64,000 nt of DNA from Chrysomallon squamiferum (GCA_012295275.1 CM022666.1:3162001-3226000), one strand, 5' to 3'. Positions 26,473 through 42,004 are shown, numbered from the stretch's first letter. Notes: a model not told the origin generated them from the sequence alone. Made by a program: numbers and translations.

Positions 26473-27017
26473 AGAAAAAAAAAAACACACACACACACAC
26501 TCACAGAGAGAAATCCTCAACAACTCCCACACACACACTTCTCATATTGCCACTATCTAAACAGTATCGCTTCAAATCAGATGTCTTCGTAAACATTCTA
26601 ACATTAATTTGTTGTCTTTTCCTTGCTATCGACGGATTCCAGCATAAAGGAAACATTCGCGTCTGATTTTGACACTTCTGCAGCCAGCGATCTCGCTCAG
26701 ACGACACCCTCTTTTGCAGACGACACTCGAGAAAATGGCGCCTTTAAAATCGTCAGCAGTTGCGCGGAATGCAGACATGTGGAAGCGGAGGAAAACACGA
26801 TACGGCAAATATTCGACGGAATCGAGGTATCTTCTTCACAAAACGCGAACCTTTCCGTAAAATTATATCGATGTAATTGTGACCATTTGTCGCAGGCATT
26901 TTTCAGAGCTCTGCCGAAAATCGTTACAGTGTATCCGTGTCACGTGCCAGACATTTTTAGAGGTCGAGGTTTGGTTAGACAGCTGGTTCAAATCTCAGAG
27001 CTGATTTTTTAAAAAAA

Positions 27018-27061
<44 letters not shown>

Positions 27062-27695
27062 CTCACTTTTTTTTATAAATAAATAAATATATATATATAT
27101 ATATATATTTGTTTAGTTATTTATTCATATTGGTGTATTTTGATGTTATATATTTATTATTTTTCTTCGTCTTTTTATTATTATTTATAGTTTTAATTTT
27201 TCTTGTAACCTATAATATAAACCTTTAATATTAAACAAGAAGAAGAAGAAGAAGAAGAAGAAGAAACATTATAGCAGTAGTAATAGTAGCGGTGGTTGTA
27301 GCAGAAGTGATAGTTGTTACTGTAGTGATGTTAACAGTAGTAGCAGTTGCAGTAGACATAATGGCAGTCATAAAAATAATAGTTATCGTAATACAATACT
27401 ACTTCTACTACAACTACAACAGCAGCAACAACAACAACAACAACAACAACAATTAATAATAAAGTTTGTTATAATAATAAAATGCTACTTAAGCTACTAA
27501 TATGAAAACACCACCAACAACAACAACACGATCTTATAATAATAATAGTAATCATAATAATAATAGCTATAATAATAATAATAATAATATCTTTGAAATG
27601 TTAGAAAATCCTACTCTTTCATACTTTCTCAGTCTATAACAAAACCATCAAATTCATTTCTCTTCATAACCCCCTTAAAATACCTAAATTTATTA

Positions 27696-27731
<36 letters not shown>

Positions 27732-28147
27732 TCCTCATAATGTCCGAACTGAAATTTAATTAAGACCCTTTCGCATGTTTCAGATACCATAAAACTCTTT
27801 CGTCCCGAGCGTTTAAGGTCATTTTTATCTGCGTTCTACGCTAAGTTATCGGCAATTAATTTTCACGTTTTGGCTCGGCGAGGTCCGGTTCCCATGCTCG
27901 CGCAAGTGGATACGGCTACCGTTACGATTGCCAGCCAGTGGACAAGGCGATAACAAAATAAAAATAAAATAAAAATGACGGCTCTCGTACATCTTGCCAC
28001 GTTTGTGATTGGCGAACACTTGATTCGCTACTTACGTCTCTCTTCAACTTACGTCTAATTTGCTGCATCCTCCAAACCTAATGACCAGCCGCATCTCTGC
28101 GCGGAGTGCACGTGAGCACGTGGGAACTTTTCGTTTTTGGTGGTTGT

Positions 28148-28192
<45 letters not shown>

Positions 28193-30226
28193 ATAAATTG
28201 AAGAATGTGGTATGTTGTTGACGTTGTCACGGCGAAACAACGCCGACACCCACCTGTTAGAATGAAAACAAGTCGTCTGCGTTGAAATTTTGTTTCTTTT
28301 TTGTTTGTTATATTATTGATGATGATGATGATGATGATGATGATGTTGATGACGTGGTAATGATGATGATGATGGTGGCGATACTGTGGATGCTGGAAGT
28401 CTGATTAGAGGGTATTTATGTTGGTTAAAGGCAAAACTGCTAGACAGAGAGTGAGTGTGAGATAAAGGTATATACAAATATATATACATACACAGACACA
28501 CACATACTTACATGTACACACATATACACACATTTACATACATGCATAGAGACAGAAAGAGAAAGAGATATACAGATAAAGAGAAATTCATACTTGTGTG
28601 TATGTGTGTGTCCATTTATATATCATTCTCTCCCCTGTTATCTTGTAACATACACTTGTTCACATACACTCATACAAATTTTACACGAAAGATATGCAGG
28701 TATTTCTTGTTCGTGCCAGAAATTCAAGATCTGATGCTTCAGTTATCAGTTTATTTTATTTCAAATATCATTCTGAAAAAAAAAAAAAATAATAATAATA
28801 ATAAAAAAAAAAAAAAAAATAGAAAAAACATCCAGAAATACACACCATAAACTTTAAGTACAGGTTGAAATTGGAAATACCCTCAAAAACGCTTAACGGA
28901 AAACTAATCCAAATACTTACATATATATATAAATATATATAATTCTTATATCGGGCAGCCATGTTTTCGTTATCTACAGTTTCTGTGTGGTAGAAGCTTC
29001 TTTATACGCATCTTCCGGCAGGCGGCGCTTTCATTTGTCGTTGGCACTGAATAATGGGGATGTAACCGCCATCTTCCGAGAGGCAAAGAGATTCTTATCT
29101 TGTAGACTTCACATATATAACTGTGCTATCTAAACCTTAACATTATAACTTCATTTCTCAGATTAGCGTGTATTACACCAAACTGCTGAGCAATGCACGT
29201 ATACTACATGTACAACGGTACATATCTGTCACATGCTACTGTTACTACAGCTACTACTACAACAGCTGCTGTTATTATTACTACTACTACTGCTGCTCCT
29301 GTTACGACTATTACTACTACGTCTAATACAACAGCTGCTGTTACTAATATTACTACTACGACTTCTACAGCTGCTGTTACTACTATTACTACTACAGCTA
29401 TTATTACTACTACGACTACTACTACAGCTGCTGTTATTACTATTACTACAACGACTACTACACCTGTTGTTACTACTGTTACTACTACTACTACTACAGC
29501 TTCTGTTACAACTATTATTTCAACTACTTTTACTACTATTACTATCTTTGTTACTATTACTACTACTAATACTACTACTACAATGCTGCTGTTGCTTCTA
29601 CCACTACTACAACAGCAACTACTATTACTGCTACCACTGTTATTAGTAGTACTGCTATTACTATTACCATTACTAATGCTTCTACTACTGCCATTACTAT
29701 TACCACAATTGATACTTCTAGTACTACTACTAGTATTACTACTACTACTGCTGCTACTACTAGTACTACTACTACTAATAGACCACAGGCGTAATAGAAG
29801 TAAAAAGATACGACCACGACAGCATCAACATGACTAAGAACAATCTATAGCAAAGAAAAACCCCAACAGTAATAACGTAGAATCAAGAACTGAAATTATT
29901 AAAACAAAAAGCGTGAACAGAATTAAAATGAATAAATAATGTTTATAAATAAAATAAATAAATAAATAATTTATAATAATAAAAAAATTAATTAATTATA
30001 ATAAAAAAAAAAATTTAAATTTAAAAAATTCAAAAATAATATAAAAAATTCAAAAGAAAAATATATAAATAAAATTTATTTAAATTGTGATTAAAATATA
30101 ATAAAATATATACTTAAATAAGTACACAGCTATAAATAACGGAAAGAAATATAAACTAAATTAAGATTTAACACTTTGTCCTGACACAGACTAAATTGGT
30201 TTGATAAGAACTAAATAAAATGTTCA

Positions 30227-30268
<42 letters not shown>

Positions 30269-30371
30269 AAATAAAATAAAATAAAGTAAAATAATAATAA
30301 TAATAACAACAAGAACAATAGTAATATTAAAACTGCAGCAGCATTTGCAACAACAATTAAATAATAATAAA

Positions 30372-30406
<35 letters not shown>

Positions 30407-30422
30407 TTATTATTTTTCATTA

Positions 30423-30507
<85 letters not shown>

Positions 30508-30778
30508 CTGTTATTTGGTGTTATTAATAAATATAAAAATAAATAATTAAAATGCATTTGTAACTGAAAAACCCAAGATACAACAGAATGACTAACAAAA
30601 CAAAACAAACAAACAAACAAACAAACAAACAAATAAACAAATAAACAAACAAAATAAAATAAAATAAAATAAAATAAAATAAAATAAAATAAAATAAAAT
30701 AAAATTCACCCCTCTTCAATAATTAACCATCAAACAATTAATTTTAAATATAACATATCCTGGTAAATAACCGAAAAT

Positions 30779-30824
<46 letters not shown>

Positions 30825-32159
30825 GATTCACTGGAGGTCTCACTGTCTGCATCCTTCTTGTAACGTTGATATCGTGGCACCAACATAACATCGTGGGTGA
30901 CGCCATCCACTTCCCCCCACCACACAATCTCAAATCACCGCATTTCGCGGTACTTCTACGCAAGGTCACGTTCACGATAAGGCTTACACAGCCTTCAAGA
31001 ATTTTGACTTACGACTTGGAATTCTCGACTTGAAATGGCCTAATCTTTTATAGTCCATTTGGCGAGTACAGCCTCGGTGCTGAAGCCCGTCAGAATGTGT
31101 TTAACTATTAGCAGAGTCAACTAAACGACAATAAATTCGCCGGTTATTAAGATAAACTCGGGTTGTATTAGATTGCTAGACAAGCCCAGGATTCAACTGT
31201 GGATTCCGTGGTATTTTTCTTTAACTTTTTTTTTTTTTTTATTCTGTTTGATCGTAAGTGTTTATGAATGTGACAGGTGCAGGAAAAAGAGGGTGAAAGT
31301 AAACGTTTAAAGATAGATAAAAAAAATATATACACTGTTGGATGATGGTATGTATATAGACAGGTAAACAGATAGAGAAATACATATCTCAGACACAGAC
31401 ACACTCTCTTTGTCTCTGTCTCACTCTCTCACACATACATACACACAAAAATACACATATAGTAAAATCTATGTAGATAGACAATGAGATATACTGAAAG
31501 ATATAGAGATATAGAGAAACATATATACAGACAGATAGATAAAAAGATATACAAATAGACAAACAGATAATAGATAGCTAGATAGATATACATATAGACA
31601 GATGGACAAACAGATATACAGAAAAATATATAGATATACAGAAACATATATAGACATACAGAGGTAGACAGACAGATATACAGAAAGATATATACATATA
31701 GATAGACATTGAGAAGAATAGATAGATATACAGATAAACAGATAAATAGATAAATAAACAGAAGAATAACTCCGATAATAAAATGATGAATACATAGGTT
31801 AGACAAGGGAGACAGAACAACTTATTTATTTACTTGACAAAAATTGTACATTGAAAACAAATACGAGATCGAGTTAAAAGAAGGAATGTGTGTAGGTTCT
31901 GATTTTATAAGTTATAATTCACAGTAACATCCTGTTAGTTATTCTTAGGTAATTAAATTTAATACTCTGAAATTCTAACACTGTCTTTGAGAATTACATA
32001 TATTTTGTATTTTATGATGTCACAGGAGTCTAAAGAATCAACTGTATTTTCCTCATTAACACGCCATTGAAGTCTGAAGATTTATATTATTTATTTATTT
32101 ATTATTATTATTATTATTTTTTTAATCACATCTTAGGCGTCTTTATATTGCCATATAAA

Positions 32160-32425
32160 TTTTACGTTTTATGACGTCAACGCGAGTATCACAAAATATT
32201 TTTATTTTGCGCTTTATGACGTCACGTAAGAATTAAAAAATACGTATATTCTGCGCTTTATGACGTCACAGGAGTATAACAAAATACGTATATTTTGCTC
32301 TTCCTGACGTCACGTAATTATCACAAACTACGTATATTTTGCGCTTTACACGTGTAATCTACGCTTTATGACGTCACAAGAGTATCACCAAAAATACGCG
32401 TAATTTACCCTTTATGACGTCAAGG
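32160..32425. repeat. Degenerate ~44-bp minisatellite with an invariant TGACGTCA (CRE) in each unit
   Basis: TGACGTCA at 32172, 32217, 32261, 32305, 32369 and 32415. Approximate unit GCGCTTTATGACGTCACRNGAGTATCACAAAATACGTATATTTT. A decayed copy (TTTATGATGTCACAGGAGT) lies at ~32011. Confidence 0.92.
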
Positions 32426-33008
32426 GAGCTCGAACAAACGAAAGATTGTGCAGCAGGTCAACTCCTCCAGGCGTTCTTATTTAAACACAGGAAACTAAAC
32501 TGTACAGTGCTTTTTCTTCTTTAATTAAAGGCGCTTCGAGGAAATTAGCATAAACGTGATAACTGGCGTGAAAATTTTCCTGACACATTACTTCACGCGT
32601 CTCGATACGCTGACATCAGCCACTGACACCTTATGGTGTAGAGTGACGGAAACAATTATACCCATAATTCCCAGGGATTAACCCTTTAGGTTCCAGCTGT
32701 GGTTTTCTTCATCTGTGACGGTAATAAGTCGACCTGTCTTTATTGAGTTAATTATGGGAAAAGAAGAAATCATAGCTTTGATATTTTGAAATTAAGTAAT
32801 TAAGAGGGAATTTTTTAATTTTTTTTTTTTTTTTTTTTGGCCTTTTAAAGTTTTGATATACGTAGATAGGGGTGGAATCTGTTTGAAAAAGAGAAGATAA
32901 AAAGAGAATGTGTTGGGTTGAAAGTTAAATAAAAGTGGTAAATAAAGAGTTGTTGTAAATAGGAGAGGAAAAAGAGAAAAATAATAAGATGGAGGGGAAC
33001 ATAAATGA

Positions 33009-33085
<77 letters not shown>

Positions 33086-33209
33086 ACAATGAAAAAAAAC
33101 AGAAATGTAAATAGTGAGAAACAAACATACATAGCGAGTAAGAATTAAAGAAATGCAGGGATGAAAAAGAAAAATGAAAAAAAAAAAAAAAAAAAAAAAA
33201 AAAGTTATT

Positions 33210-33247
<38 letters not shown>

Positions 33248-33309
33248 AAAAAAAAAGAGAGATGATTTAAATCGAGAAACATATAAAATATATATATCTT
33301 TATCTCCGT

Positions 33310-33810
33310 CACTTAATGAACGCGCGTACGCTTTTGCGTACATCTTCCATAACTCACATCTCCCCCTACATAAAAAATGCACTTCCCTTTCCGATAAAGC
33401 CGAAAATATTGTAATAAATTAACCGAAATTCTTTATAATTAATTCCCTCCTGTCATTCGACTTTATAATCACGGCTTTACCCCCCTTTTTGGGGGGGGAG
33501 ATGGGGGGGGGGAACAGTCTCCAACGATTTAGCAGCCAGCCGTTCCGACGCATTCTGTAATCTCGAACGAAAGACGCGCTACGCGACAGGAAGTCATCGA
33601 TATCAACCAATCAGATCGCTCGGGACATATTTTCTTAATATTCCGCGGTCGATAGCATCTCGGAAGCAGCAACGCGAACAGACTTTGTGGCGGTGAAAAT
33701 GACGAAGGAGGCGGACGTGATGATGTTGTTGTTATTTCATCCGTGGGTGACGGGGGTCGCCATTTTGTTGTTGCTGGCGCCGTATCAAAGATGAAGTAGT
33801 GTGCCAATGT
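33310..33810. promoter_or_regulatory. Promoter-like CpG island
   Basis: G8/G10 tracts 33491-33512, ACAGGAAGT ~33586, AACCAATCAG ~33606, CGGAAG 33661 and CGCCATTTTG 33758-33767. Confidence 0.45.
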
Positions 33811-33896
33811 ACTTTTACGTTGTTGTTTTTTTCTTCTTCTTCTGTTGAATGATTCCTAGAGAATTTTTTTTTTTCTTCTTCGACTTCTTGTTCTTT

Positions 33897-33935
<39 letters not shown>

Positions 33936-34285
33936 TTATTATTATTATTATTATTGTTATCGTTCTTGTTTTATTTATTTTTGTTATTATTGTTATTAAT
34001 ATTATTATTATTATTATTATTACTGCTATTATTTATTTATTACTTATTTATTTTTGCTAGTTAATATTTTTTTTTATTATAATTATTTATTGCTGTTGTT
34101 TTCCTAAAGCAATAGGAAAATATATATTTATTTTAAGAAAAGATCACGTGACATAAATGAAGTGAATTATGGCTAAAATAAACAATTAATTTTCTCAGTC
34201 AAAATGGTGAAACTGAAACCCTTTTATATTAAATATGACCGTAACGGTTTGATGATATTATATTATCGTGTCATAAAAAATGTGC

Positions 34286-34395
<110 letters not shown>

Positions 34396-35477
34396 GAGGG
34401 AGAGAAAATAGGGAAACAGAGACAGGAAAAGAGAAACCAAAAAAAAAAAAAAAAAAAAAAAAAATATAGAAATTTAAAAAAAAAAATGAAAAGAAAACAG
34501 CAAATCGTACAGACAGACAAACAGACAAATACTTCCAGACGACAGAAGCAACGTTTCAAATTTCTTTTGTTTTCTTTACCAGCCACCAGATTTCCACAGC
34601 GATGACACCCAATAGCTCTGCCATTAAACAATATACTTCAGTATCGTTAAACAAATATTTCCCCCATTTTCGATTGCAAATGGCATGGGGAGTCTATGTC
34701 GAATTTCACTCCAACCGCTGCTTAACAGATAATCTACGCCCGAAAGATTACTACTCACTCGGAACACAAAAAATCCTCAGTCCACAAGTATTTAGATTTA
34801 TCGAAATTATAAACCATTTAGATAGGGAGATTTTCTTTAAAAGATGGCTACCCGTGACGAGCATGCTGGGAGTTCGTGACTGGGCTTTCGATTCTACCCA
34901 GGATTCCCAGCGCTGACCCGTCTTCCTGTGGCTTTGTTTACTCGTAAGCAGATGGTGTTTACGCGGCTTGCGTAAACAACGACTGTTATGTGATCAAGGC
35001 GTGTAAACATACCTACGCAGACGTTCCAACGTTTGTCCCGCTGGGTTTTTGCAAGGAAAGCAGCAAAAGACCCCGAAACGAAGCAGAATTTGTACGAAGA
35101 CGCGTTTTAGTAAATCGTATCTCGATAGGATTTTTTGCTATATGGCGTTTTTGTTTGTTTCTTTGTTTGTTTACTTCGTTCTGTGTGGGTGAATGTGCGT
35201 GCGTATTATACATATCTGTGTGTAAATATTTGTACGTGGAAGGGTATGTATTTTGTTTTTTTTTATCAATTATTTTTGGTATATATATGTGGATGTGTTT
35301 GTGTTGGTCAGTGTATGTGAATAATAAGTAAAAGAGATTGAGAAACAGAAAGAGAGAAAAATGAATGGACCGGTGTAGTAGGCACTGTATTTAAATATGT
35401 TTGAAGAAATACAGAATAGCAGTAATAGTAGAACTAGAAATAATGATAATAATAACAACAACAATAAGAAGAAGACG

Positions 35478-35514
<37 letters not shown>

Positions 35515-36358
35515 GTAGTAGTAGTAGTAGTAGTAGTAGCAGCAGTAGCAATAATACTAACAAAAAGGACGAACATCATTTTGCTATATGGTCACTCTGC
35601 ATTACCCGCATATTTATTTAACCCTGGATTTTGTAATCTGAATTACCACACATCGAGACCGCTAATTGGAAAGACGACAAGATTCCCGGGTTTTATACCA
35701 TATCCTGGGTTATGAAAACTCGTCCGTGTTTTCCTAGTCTGGTAATCAACGGAACGTTTGCCGTATATTTGTTAAAACAAACCATTTACTCCCAGCTTGA
35801 TTTGTTTTGACTGAAGCCCGTGCCAATGTAAGTATTGGCCGCTCTTGCAGAAATGGTCTAAATGTCTTCACCGCCCCCATGCTGCGGAAACGAGCGATTT
35901 GGCTCTGACCAGTTAGTCCTTCGATGGCTTCTTAATTAATGTTCGGACCATTGTGGCATTCTGCGGTGTTTATCAAGACCTGTCTTAATTATCGCTCGGC
36001 TAATTGGGCGAGAAGAAAGCGATAACCATGCATTCTGGATTCCAAAGGAGAGAGAGAGAGAATGTATACGGTAAGAAGATCGCAGGTTTCCGGTTGCGTT
36101 CGGAAGCAAACGGAATTCCTCGGTGTCTTGTCAGATACGCGATGATTGACAGCTGTCATCGCGATTGTCCGGCAGACTGGAGTTGCGATTTCGTGCTTGA
36201 GATGAAACAGGGTGCAAGCACGCCTGGCTGGGCATATGTTGAGGAATTTAATATTAAAGTGAAGATAAAACACAGAAATGATAAATTATAGAAATAGAGA
36301 GAAAGGGGAAAAATGGAAGAAGGAACATACAAATAGATAAAAAATTATATATATATAT

Positions 36359-36437
<79 letters not shown>

Positions 36438-37355
36438 AGCTGACCTACAGTTATATTAGCGTCGAGCATTAAATTAACATTTTGATTACAAAAAAAAAAA
36501 AAAATCATAAATTATGAAGCACTGTCCGGATTAGGAAATCACGTACTCTATAATTTAAACTAACTGGGGGGACATATAACCTCTCGTATCATGGTAGGGG
36601 TTTCCAATTTAATTTATTTTTCTCAGGAAAAACAAAGAAATAAAATTTAATAATTTAACACGAAAGCTGTTTTCTTGTTCGCTTCTGTCGTGAAATAACA
36701 ACTGCAGTCTAACATGAAGAATTTCACTTTTAAGATCTTTGTTTCGATGTACGCCAAAACAGACATTCATACAGACAAACAGACAGACAGACAGATGTGT
36801 CATCATGAAAATTATTAATTGTTTTATTAATTTTTTTTTAAATTAAATTGTAAGGTCGTGATTTGACTTTGTCCTATTGCACCAGCGCGTTTCTGAATAT
36901 TGTCTATTTGCAGAGTCTAATCAGACGTACATAAGACTAAAAATATTCAGAATCCTAAAATACATACATGCATACAAACATACATATATACATTATTAAA
37001 CATAAACGTTCAAATATTACGAACTCACAATGCACCAGTATCACTTTGTCTTTTAGTTTTTGTGCTTCACTTTTGTTCCAGTTACAAATATTTTCAAATC
37101 AAAGGACAAATAGCCGCTCCTTTAGAAATGTTTCTTATCTAGATGATCTAAGTTAGGACATGCAGGAAGGTAACTGAGTGCAAGATGTTAGACTACAGAC
37201 TTATAGAATTACTTGTATGGACTTTTCTGTCAAAACGCGAGACAGGGAAATGTTTGAAATATCCGTCCATTCTCCTCTGTTTGTTTTACCAGTTCATTAA
37301 CGCATTTTGTGTTCAGCTCTCTTTTTCTGAATTTCTCACTCATTCTCTATCTCCA

Positions 37356-37541
<186 letters not shown>

Positions 37542-38006
37542 CCCCTCTCCCCCCTCTCTCCCCATCCCTCCATACCCCTCTATCTCCATCATTCGCTCAT
37601 TCTCGTAGAACCCGCACACGTACAATGACACTCCCTACCACTCTCTCAGTTACAGTCACATGTGTTTGGACGGAAGGACGGACGGAGAGAGAGTCAGTAC
37701 GTAGGCACGTCTCGAAGAATGCCCGTGTTTTCCTTTCTTCTGGAACGTTTAGCAACCGCGTTTTGTTTGCACTTCCTGCTGGAGCTGCAAGAAGAATCAA
37801 CAGTGACATCTCTGTCGGCTAGAATTTCCAATTAATCGGCGAACCTCCAAGATGCAGTTTCAGAAACGTTCCAGTAAATTGAGCACACGTGACCCGTGAG
37901 GTTTTAGAAGAAAAAAAAAAAAGAAGAGAGAGAGAACAGAGAAATCTTCCCTCGCCCAGACCTCCCCATCATAGAGATAAAAAAGACGAAAGACAAAAAA
38001 AGAATT

Positions 38007-38071
<65 letters not shown>

Positions 38072-38108
38072 ATATGTATGTTTGTATGTATGTATCTATG
38101 TATGTATG

Positions 38109-38142
<34 letters not shown>

Positions 38143-38188
38143 TGTATGTATGTATGTATGTATGTTGCATGTATGTATGTATGTATGT

Positions 38189-38243
<55 letters not shown>

Positions 38244-38304
38244 CAGCGAAAGAGAGAAAGATAAAAGTGAGGCAGATATACAGTTAAGATGGAAGGAGAT
38301 AAAC

Positions 38305-38416
<112 letters not shown>

Positions 38417-40385
38417 GAATTATCTTGTTTACGCTAACATGGCTCGTTTGTGAAAATGTTTTGCGAGATGTTAGTTTTTGTAACTTTTCTTGTGTTGATT
38501 CACAACAAAGATAGCCAGATTTAGTTTCACCTGCCACACGAAACTACGACTTGTTGAACTGTTATTTCTTGTTAAAATAACAGAGAGAAGACTGACGGGT
38601 TAAAACAATATACCACTACTACTGCTGACGCTGCTACAACTGCTACTACTGCTACTCGCACTGCTGTTACTACTGCTACTATTACTAGTACTACTTATGT
38701 TGCCACTGCAACTACTACTACTGCTGCTGCTGCTGTTGCTATTGCTACTACTGTTGCTACTACTACTACCACCACCATCATTACTACTACTATAATTGTT
38801 ACTATTATTATTTGTGCTATTTGTAGTATTGTTACTGTTGCAACTATCACAACAACAACATCAATAACTACTACTTGTATTATTTGTAATACAACAGCAA
38901 CATTGAGTACTACTTCTGCTACTACCATTTCTACTAGTGCTATTACTCCCCCTCCTCCTCCTACTACTACAATTACTACTTCTACTATTACTGCTACTCC
39001 TCCTTCTACTATCACTACAACTACTACAACAACTACTACTACTACAACTACTACAATACTATTGCTACAATTACTGCCCTCTGTACTGTTATATTCAAGA
39101 TCAGATTGGTCCTTAACAGTATACGTGAGTGATCGTAAGTCATACGCTCTCGTTTACGTAATAATGATTAATTAAAGCGAGTCGCTCGTCAATTTACGAG
39201 CGCCACTGACGTACAATCGTTAAATTATTTAAGTTGATCGACCGCTCGGCTATATTCACTCTCAATTACCATAGATTGTCAATATCTGGCCGTGGGTGCT
39301 CGAAATATGAAAATTAATAATCCCTTTATTGCTCTCCATTTCAAATAAGCTTAATACACATTCGCTACGGTGTTTTACGCAAAACGGTCCCGTAGCCGTA
39401 TGTGGGCGAGAAATTACGCAGTCGTAAGACAGCGTTATTGTCAATTGTAAACGTAATATCGGTTCGACTGGAAGTAGACGGCCGGACACCCCTACGAGCG
39501 AAAATTCCCAGGGTTTGGTGCGGTCACACGGACACCCAGACCTTCATTAACGTGGAGAACGAACCCAAAACGGGCCCCACGAGACGAATTACAAAGCCCG
39601 GGTTCCGAGTTAGATTTTTGCGTTGTGACGTTTTTATTGTCGTGCCGAGGGTCGTTATTTCTCGATTTCTTAATTGCGAAAAGTTTCCAACGATGTCATA
39701 TCTAGTTGAGCGAACAGTTTATTGTCGTAGTTTATCTTGGACCGGCACATAATTTTTCGAAATTAATTTCTTGAATTCAGTTTTCGGCAATAACAACAAA
39801 AGAATAAATTTCACATTAAGCAGTGTGTGGTAATTTTCGCGAGAGGGGAAATCGCGAAGTTAACTGTCGTTGGAGAAAGAACTTAAACGTAAATGAAGAA
39901 ATAAAACTTAATAATCTGGTACATTAATTTTTTTTTTTGAGCAGTATATCATCGAATATATACAGTTTTTGCGACAGAATTACGACCGCGGTATTTCGCT
40001 TCATCCGTATTTCCAAGAAAAATTAAATATTAAATAAATAACGTTTTACGTCGAGTGGGATAAAGTTAATAAATAAATGAATAAAAATGATGGTGATTTA
40101 CGTTTCTGTTTTTATTTTTGTATTAACAACTATTTTTTTTAAAATTATTTTGATATATTTCCATGCTAACACCTTCCATAGGTAGCTTTTAAGTCGGAAC
40201 ATAAAAATAAAGATGACAGATATAATTACAGGCACACAGACAGACAGATGATATAATGTTACCGCCTTTAAATAAATAGTCATAAATTAGAATATTTAGT
40301 TCTGAAATAGATTTTGAAACATTTGCACAAAATTCATTTTCTTTATTTTTCAGTTAGATTTTGCTTTTCTTATTTTATTCTCTTT

Positions 40386-40445
<60 letters not shown>

Positions 40446-40482
40446 GTTATTGTTATTGTTGTTGTTGTTATTATTATTATTA

Positions 40483-40520
<38 letters not shown>

Positions 40521-40963
40521 AAATAGTTGTTAGAAGGGAAAAGATTTTTAAAATGAAAAATAGATGTTTTGCATGTTTAACTGGAGTTTCCTTGCTAATA
40601 ACAAAAATACTAATAATAATAACAACAAGTTATTTTTGGAAATATCAGCAACCACATCCTTAAAATTATTTATTTTTACCGTGATATAGTTTTTCTCTTT
40701 TTAAATTTGTATTTATTTATTTATTTATTTATTTATTATTATTCATACTTTTTTCTATTCGTTTATAACTTTTTCAGATACATTTATTTGATTTTTTTTT
40801 TTTTTTTATATATATATATGATACGCTTAATTTGGTTTTATTTAGTTATTTTAAATAGCTACTGCATGCATGTGTAATCTGCACACAGACACACATATTC
40901 TTTCTGTCTTCCATACACACATACACACACTCTCTTCTCTTTCTTTCAAACACATAAAACACA

Positions 40964-41075
<112 letters not shown>

Positions 41076-41942
41076 TCTCACACATATATACACATTTTTT
41101 CTCGCTTTTAAACGCACATGCACACGCACACGCACACACACACTCTGTATCAGTCACACACACATATCGTTTAATATCTATTTTTAATTTATTTTTTGTT
41201 TTTTCTGTGAAAGTATGTAATGTGGATGTTTATATTTCTACCGTTTAACATTTTCACTAATGTATCTAATCATTCATATGTTATATTTTTTTTACACTTG
41301 AAGAAACATTTACATAAGTGTAAAGAATCCAGATAATTTTATTGTCATGGAACAGTGAAGTATATGTATTTGACGCTTGTTTGTTGAATTAAAAATTAAT
41401 ATTAATTAGAATGAAAGTTAAAAATAATTAGTTATTTTCAGGTTAATAAAGTGCAAATGACAAGAAGAAAAAAATATTTAACGATTTATTAAAATATATT
41501 GGTTTCACGGTGTTTATTTTGTTTTTGTTTTATTTTTATTTTTATTTTATTATTAAATGAAAATATTTTTGTGCGTCCGTTCATTTTGATTCTTTTCTTA
41601 TTGTTGTTGTTGTTGTTTTTGCTGTTGCAGTTGTTGTTTTTAATTATTGCTACTATTATTACTGTTTTCACAGTATCTTTTTAAAACTTTTAAGACATTA
41701 TGTCACATTTATATATTTTGCTTTGTTATCAGTAGTTTTCATGATTGACTTAAATATATATATATATTTATTTATTATTATTATTACTATTAATGCCTCT
41801 ACTACTACTACAATAACAGCTACAACAACTGTTACAGCAACTACCACTAGTATTAAATGTATTTCTACAACAACCACATTCATAAGTACCATTACTAATT
41901 TTTCAAGATACCGTATGATATCAATTATTTTATTTCTCTTTT

Positions 41943-41984
<42 letters not shown>

Positions 41985-42004
41985 TCTTCTTCTTCTTCTT
42001 CTTC

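Noticed and set aside
26623-27012. 129-aa non-repetitive ORF
   Set aside because: It starts at TTG, has no recognisable domain and no convincing acceptor/donor pair. This length is plausible by chance in a GC-richer island. A tBLASTn hit would overturn this.
29193-29837. Thr-rich mucin-like ORFs (also 11489-12037, 38903-39175, 48074-48430, 58228-58608)
   Set aside because: They are degenerate (ACT)n repeats found on both strands, drifting between frames (poly-T into poly-L/Y), with no signal peptide or exon boundaries.
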